Below are positions 59,289 to 64,000 of a stretch of 64,000 nucleotides of DNA, piece after piece. The stretch covers positions 234,178-298,177 of the forward strand of contig CAWFVQ010000005.1 of assembly GCA_963819335.1 (NCBI GenBank), in the 5' to 3' direction. The position numbers and the translations under genes are program-made. The stretch is from an uncultured Thermoleophilia bacterium. GTDB lineage: Bacteria; Actinomycetota; Thermoleophilia; Gaiellales; Gaiellaceae. The notes beneath the pieces were generated by a model. That model was not told the origin of the DNA. It saw only the letters and a program-made list of their open reading frames with translations, and made no database searches. Positions within the stretch are counted from its first letter, which is position 1. The number at the start of each line of letters is the position of its first letter.

Positions 59289-59478
59289 GCCGACGTTCGA
59301 AGAGGCGCAGCGCGAGCTCGAGGCGATCGTCGAGCGGCTCGAGCGCGGCGATGCGGGCGTCGACGAGCTGACGAAGCTCTGGGAGCGCGGCGAGGAGCTC
59401 TACCGCATCTGCGCCGCGAAGCTCGAGGCCGTTCAGGGCAAGATCGAGGAGCTGAGAGCCAGCTCCTCTCCGAGCTGA
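59281..59478 (+). CDS. xseB: exodeoxyribonuclease VII small subunit
   Basis: LSEPTFEEAQRELEAIVERLERGDAGVDELTKLWERGEELYRICAAKLEAVQGKIEEL. TTG start overlaps the xseA stop. Confidence 0.85.
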   Translation: MSEPTFEEAQRELEAIVERLERGDAGVDELTKLWERGEELYRICAAKLEAVQGKIEELRASSSPS

Positions 59479-60412
59479 GCGAGATCCTCGCCCGCAGCTC
59501 GGGTCGCCCGAGAGGGCGTGCGCCTCGATCCCGTCGCGCACGAGCCCGCCGAAGAGCTCGCAGCGCACACCGAGCCGTTCGCAGCGGCGGCGCACCGCTC
59601 CCGGCGCCTTCCCTCGAGCGTCGTCGCATCGACCGTGCCCTCGCCGGTGACGACGAGGTCGGCGTGCTGCGCGAGCTCGTCGAAGCCGATCGTGTCGAGC
59701 ACGAGCTCGGCGCCCTCGCAGAGCTCGCCGCCGAGCGCCGCGAACGCCGCGCCGAGGCCGCCGCCTGCGCCGGCGCCCGGTAGGTCGCGGTACGGCGCGA
59801 GCTCGTCGAGCGCCGCGAGCCGCGCCTCGAGCTCGTCGACCATCCCGGGGTCGGCGCCCTTCTGCGGGCCGAAGACGCGCGCGGCGCCACGCTCGCCGAG
59901 CAGCGGATTGCGGACGTCGCACGCGACGCGGATCGGCACGTCGCGCAGCCAGGTGCCGACCGCTTCGCGCATCCCGACGCCGCCGTCGACGGTCGCCGTG
60001 CCCCCGACGCCGACGAGCAGCGAGGTCGGCTTCTCGGTCAGCGTCGCGAGCAGCAGCTCGCCGAGCCCGTGCGTCGACGCGCGCAGCGGGTCGAGCTCGT
60101 CGACGCGCAGAAGCGGCAGCCCGACCGCCTCGGCAGCGTCGACGACCGCCGTGCCATCCGGCAGCAGCGAGCCAGCGCGCGGCGACCGGCCGGCCGAAGG
60201 GATCGCCGACCGTCGCCGTGTGCCAGACGCCGCCGAGCGTCGCGTGCAGCACCGCGGCCGTTCCCTCGCCGCCGTCGGCGACAGGCGCCTCGACCGCCTC
60301 GACGCCGTTGACCCGCCGCAACCCTGCCGCGAGATGCCGAGCCGCCTCGGCGGGCGTGAGAACGCCCTTGAGGCTAGTCGGCGACGCGAGAGCGAAGATG
60401 CTCCAGCTCCAC
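59433..60412 (-). CDS. glxK: glycerate kinase
   Basis: SLKGVLTPAEAARHLAAGL, VADGGEGTAAVL, LLVGVGGTATVDGGVGM, VACDVRNPLLGERGAARVFGPQKGA, AGAGGGLGAAFAALGG, DLVVTGEGTVD. About 3 frame switches; start unresolved. Confidence 0.8.
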
Positions 60413-61414
60413 CTTCTCGAGCTCCTCGAACGTCTCTTCGACCGGCTCTTCGATCTGCTTCAGCGTCGCGTACGAGAGGCCCTCGCGCGCGAGGAAGATG
60501 AAGCCGACGCCGATCCCGACCGACGCCTCGATCGCCTGCAGGCCGATCCCGAAGGCGATGCCGTGCCCGTAGTCGACGCCGTAGGGGACGAGCGGCGTCG
60601 CGATCGCGACCTGGAGGGCGCCGACGTTGCCGGGCCAGAACGGTGACGATCGTCGCGACGTTCATCAGGACGAGCACGAGGCCGGCCGCCGGCAACGGCA
60701 GGTCGATGTGGAACGCGCGCATCGTCGCCCAGACCGCGAACAGCTGGCAGGTCCAGCCGAGGAACTGGAACGACGTCGCCTTCAGCGCCGGGAGCGGCCG
60801 CCGCATGACGGCGAGACCCAGGCGCGCACGGGCGATCGAGCTGCGAGATGCGGCCGAGCGAGTCGAGCTCGCGGTGCTGACGGCGCGCGAGGAACAGAGC
60901 GACGATGAACAAGAGGATCCCCAGCGCGAGCGCGGCGGCGATCAGCGTGTAGACGCTGTGCGGGATCTTCGCCGTGAAGAGCACCCAGACGACGAGCGCG
61001 AGCGTCGGGAAGAGATCGAACATCCGATGCGCGAACACCGAGCCGATCAGCGTCGCGGTCGTGCCCTTCCGCCCCGGCATGTGCCGGCGCAGCACACCGC
61101 AGCGCGCGAACTCGCCGACGCGGCCGGGCAGCACGGCGTTGGCGAAGAGCCCGACGCAGAACGCCGAGAAGACGAGCCGGAAGCGCGGCCTCGGTGGATC
61201 GACGGACTGCTCGATCACCGTGTCCCAGGCGACCGCGCGGGCGACGACCGACAGGAGGTTGAGCCCGATGGCACCGGCGACCCACGGCCACGAGACCGCG
61301 CGTGAAGCTGTGATGAACGGTGTGCCAGTCCGGCCCGCGCCAGATGATCAAGACGATCCCGACCGCGAGCAGGGCGACTACCCCGACCGGCGCGAGCCAG
61401 CGGTATCTCTTCAC
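60374..61414 (-). CDS. UPF0104 / lysylphosphatidylglycerol-synthase-TM-like ('flippase-like') membrane protein
   Basis: MKRYRWLAPVGVVALLAVGIVLIIW, FSAFCVGLFANAVLPGRVGEFARCGVL, LGWTCQLFAVWATMRAFHIDLPL, WPGNVGALQVAIATPLVPYG. About 3 frame switches. Confidence 0.7.
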
Positions 61415-62531
61415 GCGGTCACCTCGTCATAGACCTCTTCGAGCCGACGCGCGATGTCGTCCCAGGCGTAGTTCGCGAGCGCATGCTCGCGCGCTGCGAT
61501 CCCCATCTCGACGCGACGGTCCTCGTCGGAGAGCACATCGATGATCGCCGCCGCCAGCGCATCCGGGTCGGAGGGCGGCACGAGCCGCGCCGCCTCGGGC
61601 CGTCGCGACGGCCGCGTAACCGGGGATGTTCGACGCAACGGCGGGTGTCGCGCACGCGAACGCCTCGGCAAGCACGAGGCCGAAGCTCTCGCCGCCGAGC
61701 GCCGGGGTCACCGACACCTTCGCCCGGAGCAGCTCGTGCGTCCGCGTCTCGTTCGGGACGATCCCGAGCACGTCGATCCCCGACTCGTCGAAGCCCATGC
61801 GCGCGTGCAGCAAGCCGGTACTGCAGCGGGTCGGTACCGATCAGCCGCAGCCGGGCGCCGGTCGCTGCGTGCACCTTCGGCCAGGCGCGCAGCAGCGTCG
61901 GCAGGCCCTTGCGCGGGTCGTGGCGGCCGATGAACACGACCGTATGGTCGCGGTTCGACGGGTCGGCCTCCGGCGGGATGAGGACGCCGTTCGGAATGAC
62001 GCGATAGTCGCCTGGAATCCACCGCTCCGCCGACTCCGCCGCCATCGGCGAGACGGCGATCCGAGCGTCGATGCGCTCCATCAGGAACCCCCAGAACTTC
62101 AGCCCCTGCTTCATCCAGCCGAGGTCGCCGTGAGCATGATGCGTGGCGACGATCGGGCACTGCGCGAACGAGAGCGTCGCGACGCACACGGCAGGCGTCA
62201 TCGGCTCGTGCAGATGCACCACGTCGAACTGTTCGCGCGCGAGGATCGAGCGGATGCGGCCGATGCTGCGCGGTGAGAGGACGATGTTCGGGAGCGAGCC
62301 GTTCGCCGGCACGACGACCGAGCGGCCGACGGGGATGATCCCCTCCGGCAGCGGCCCGTGACGGCCGCTTCTCGGGTGCAGGAAGCGCGTGAAGTTCCCG
62401 GGCGGGTCGTTGCCCATCAGGATCGTCACGTCGTGACCGCGGTCGCGAAGCGCGGCGGCCTGGTGCTCGGCGTGCTCGACGACGCCGCCCCAGTACGACC
62501 ACGAGAACGGGACGACGATTGCGATCTTCAT
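61411..62531 (-). CDS. GT4-family glycosyltransferase (PimA-like)
   Basis: MKIAIVVPFSWSYWGGVVEHAEHQAAALRDRGHDVTIL, VVHLHEP, VVFIGRHDPRKGL, PALGGESFGLVLAEAFACATPAVASNIPGY (E-x7-E region). 2-3 frame switches. Confidence 0.85.
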
Positions 62532-63671
62532 GCGGCAACCCCCGCGAACGCCTCTGCAGACGCTCGGCGCCGAGCGCGATCACGTCGTCGGACACGGCCA
62601 GCGAGAGACGCGCCCAGCCGGCGCCGCTCGGCCCGAATCCTTCGCCGGGCGCGACGGCGACGCGATGCTCTTCGAGCAGCCGCTCGGCGGTCAGTCCCTC
62701 CGGGAAGCTCGACCCAGACGAAGAACGTGCCTTCGCAGACGATCGGGACGGGCAGCGCCGCGGCGATCGCGTCGCGCCGGCGCTCGTAGGCGGCGACGCG
62801 CTCGGCGACGGAATCCTGCGGCCCTTCGAACGCCGCGATGATCGCGCGCTGCATCGGCTCGAAGATGCCGGTGCGACTGTGGTCATTCCACAGGTTGATG
62901 CGCTCGACGATCTCGGCGTTGCCCGCGACAAAGCCGATGCGCCATCCCGCCATCCCATAGGTCTTCGACATCGACCAGAGCTCGACCCCGACGTCCTTTG
63001 CGCCGGCCGTCGCGAGAAAGCTCCGCGGCCGACGGCCGTCGTAGACGAGATCGATGTACGCCGCGTCATGGACGATCGCGCCGCCGGTCCGCGCGGACCA
63101 GGACACCGCGTCCTCGAACAGGCCGTCGGGCGCACAAACGGCGCACGGGTTCGACGGGTAGTTGAGGTACAGGGCAGCGGCCTCGGGTGCCGCGTCGAGA
63201 TCGGGCGCCCAGCCCGCATCGGGATCGAGCGCAATCGTCTGGAGGCGCGCACCGGCAAGCGCTGCGCCGGAGGGATAGTCGGGGTAGTACGGGTCGGGAA
63301 GCAGCAGCGTCTCTCCCTCGTCGACGAGCGAGAGGGCGAGCTCGACCAGGCCGGTCTTCGAGCCGGGCACGAGGGCGACCTCGCGCTCGGGATCGAGCTC
63401 CACGCCGTACACGTCGCGATAACGCGCCGCGAACGCCTCCCGGGTGCGGGCAAGGCCTCGAATCGGCGCATAGCCGTGGACGTCGGGGACGGCGTGCGCT
63501 CTCGACGAGCGCCTCGACGACATGCGGCGGCGGCCCGATCTCGGGGTTCCCGCGGCCGAAGTCGACGACCGGCAGACCGTCCTCCGCCGCAGCCGCGGCG
63601 ACGCGGCCGAGAAGGCTGACGAAGTACTGCTGCGGCAGACGACGCAGGCGTTCAGGTCTTTGGCGGCCCAC
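62528..63671 (-). CDS. class I/II pyridoxal-phosphate aminotransferase (AspC/DapL-like)
   Basis: VVDFGRGNPEIGPP, HGYAPIRGL, LVPGSKTGL, LYLNYPSNP, WSMSKTYGMAGWRIGF (PLP Lys). GTG start with AGAAGG Shine-Dalgarno. 2 frame switches. Confidence 0.85.
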
Positions 63672-63750
63672 CTTCTCTGACTCTAACGGCGCACCCCCGT
63701 CGCCAGATGACAGGGGTCCGACCGCCAGCCCGGTTGCGTACGGTTTGTCC

Positions 63751-64000
63751 ATGAATCTCATCGAGGCGCTTGCGGAGGGGATCGGCCCGCGCCCGGCCGG
63801 AAGCGAGGCCACCGCACAGGCCGCGGAGACAGTCGCGGACGCGTTCCGCGAGCTCGGTCTCGAACCTCGGTTTCAGGAGTTCGAGCTCGTCGGCTATGAG
63901 GCGGACGAGCCGGAGCTCTTCGTCGAGGGCGAGCACTGGCCCGCCGGGCCGTGCATGTACGCCCATCCGTTCGACGGTGAAGGGGTCGTGAAGCGCATCG
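63751..64000 (+). CDS. M28/M20-type metallopeptidase, N-terminal part (runs off the window)
   Basis: Open frame from ATG: MNLIEALAEGIGPRPAGSEATAQAAETVADAFRELGLEPRFQEFELVGYE... TACGGT -10 box lies 6 nt before the ATG. Confidence 0.45.
   Translation, partial: MNLIEALAEGIGPRPAGSEATAQAAETVADAFRELGLEPRFQEFELVGYEADEPELFVEGEHWPAGPCMYAHPFDGEGVVKRI

Overview
High-G+C bacterial chromosomal segment (about 70% or more by eye, not computed). It fits Actinomycetota best: gene strings rplM-rpsI-glmM-glmS, acpS-nnr-alr, guaB-guaA and murI-rph, plus many leaderless-style promoters. A Thermoleophilia/Conexibacter-like origin is only my impression from the protein sequences.

I reconstruct about 80 tightly packed protein genes. 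I see no rRNA, tRNA, CRISPR array, transposase, integrase or phage genes. Content is mostly core metabolism:
- cell-wall precursors: glmS, glmM, murI, alr, a DD-carboxypeptidase
- purine and pyrimidine synthesis: guaA, guaB, pyrE, pyrF
- fatty acids: fabI, fabG, a fabL-like gene, acpS
- ribosomal proteins L13 and S9, and HU
- DNA repair: UDG, an AlkA-like glycosylase, xseAB
- tyrosine catabolism: hppD, hmgA, an FAH-family gene
- metal homeostasis: a CDF transporter, a permease with a YHS domain, MgtC, a cupredoxin
- several secreted or hypothetical proteins

Genes are often linked by 4-nt ATGA/GTGA overlaps, and convergent gene ends frequently overlap. Only four strong hairpin terminators are visible.

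The dominant technical feature is that most genes, including indispensable ones, are interrupted by frame switches. The six-frame track therefore shows fragments and chimeric long ORFs. I rebuilt genes by following conserved motifs across frames, so boundaries are approximate (about +/-10 nt, worse at frame-shifted ends).

I did not find a convincing new multi-gene system such as defence, secretion or a biosynthetic cluster. The most unusual items are:
- a repeat-dense, apparently structured guaB leader
- a CDF transporter with three tandem C-terminal domains
- a tightly coupled aminotransferase-GT4-UPF0104-glycerate kinase array
- an hmgA-led overlapping six-gene array containing a GST-fold gene
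- the uneven distribution of the frame breaks
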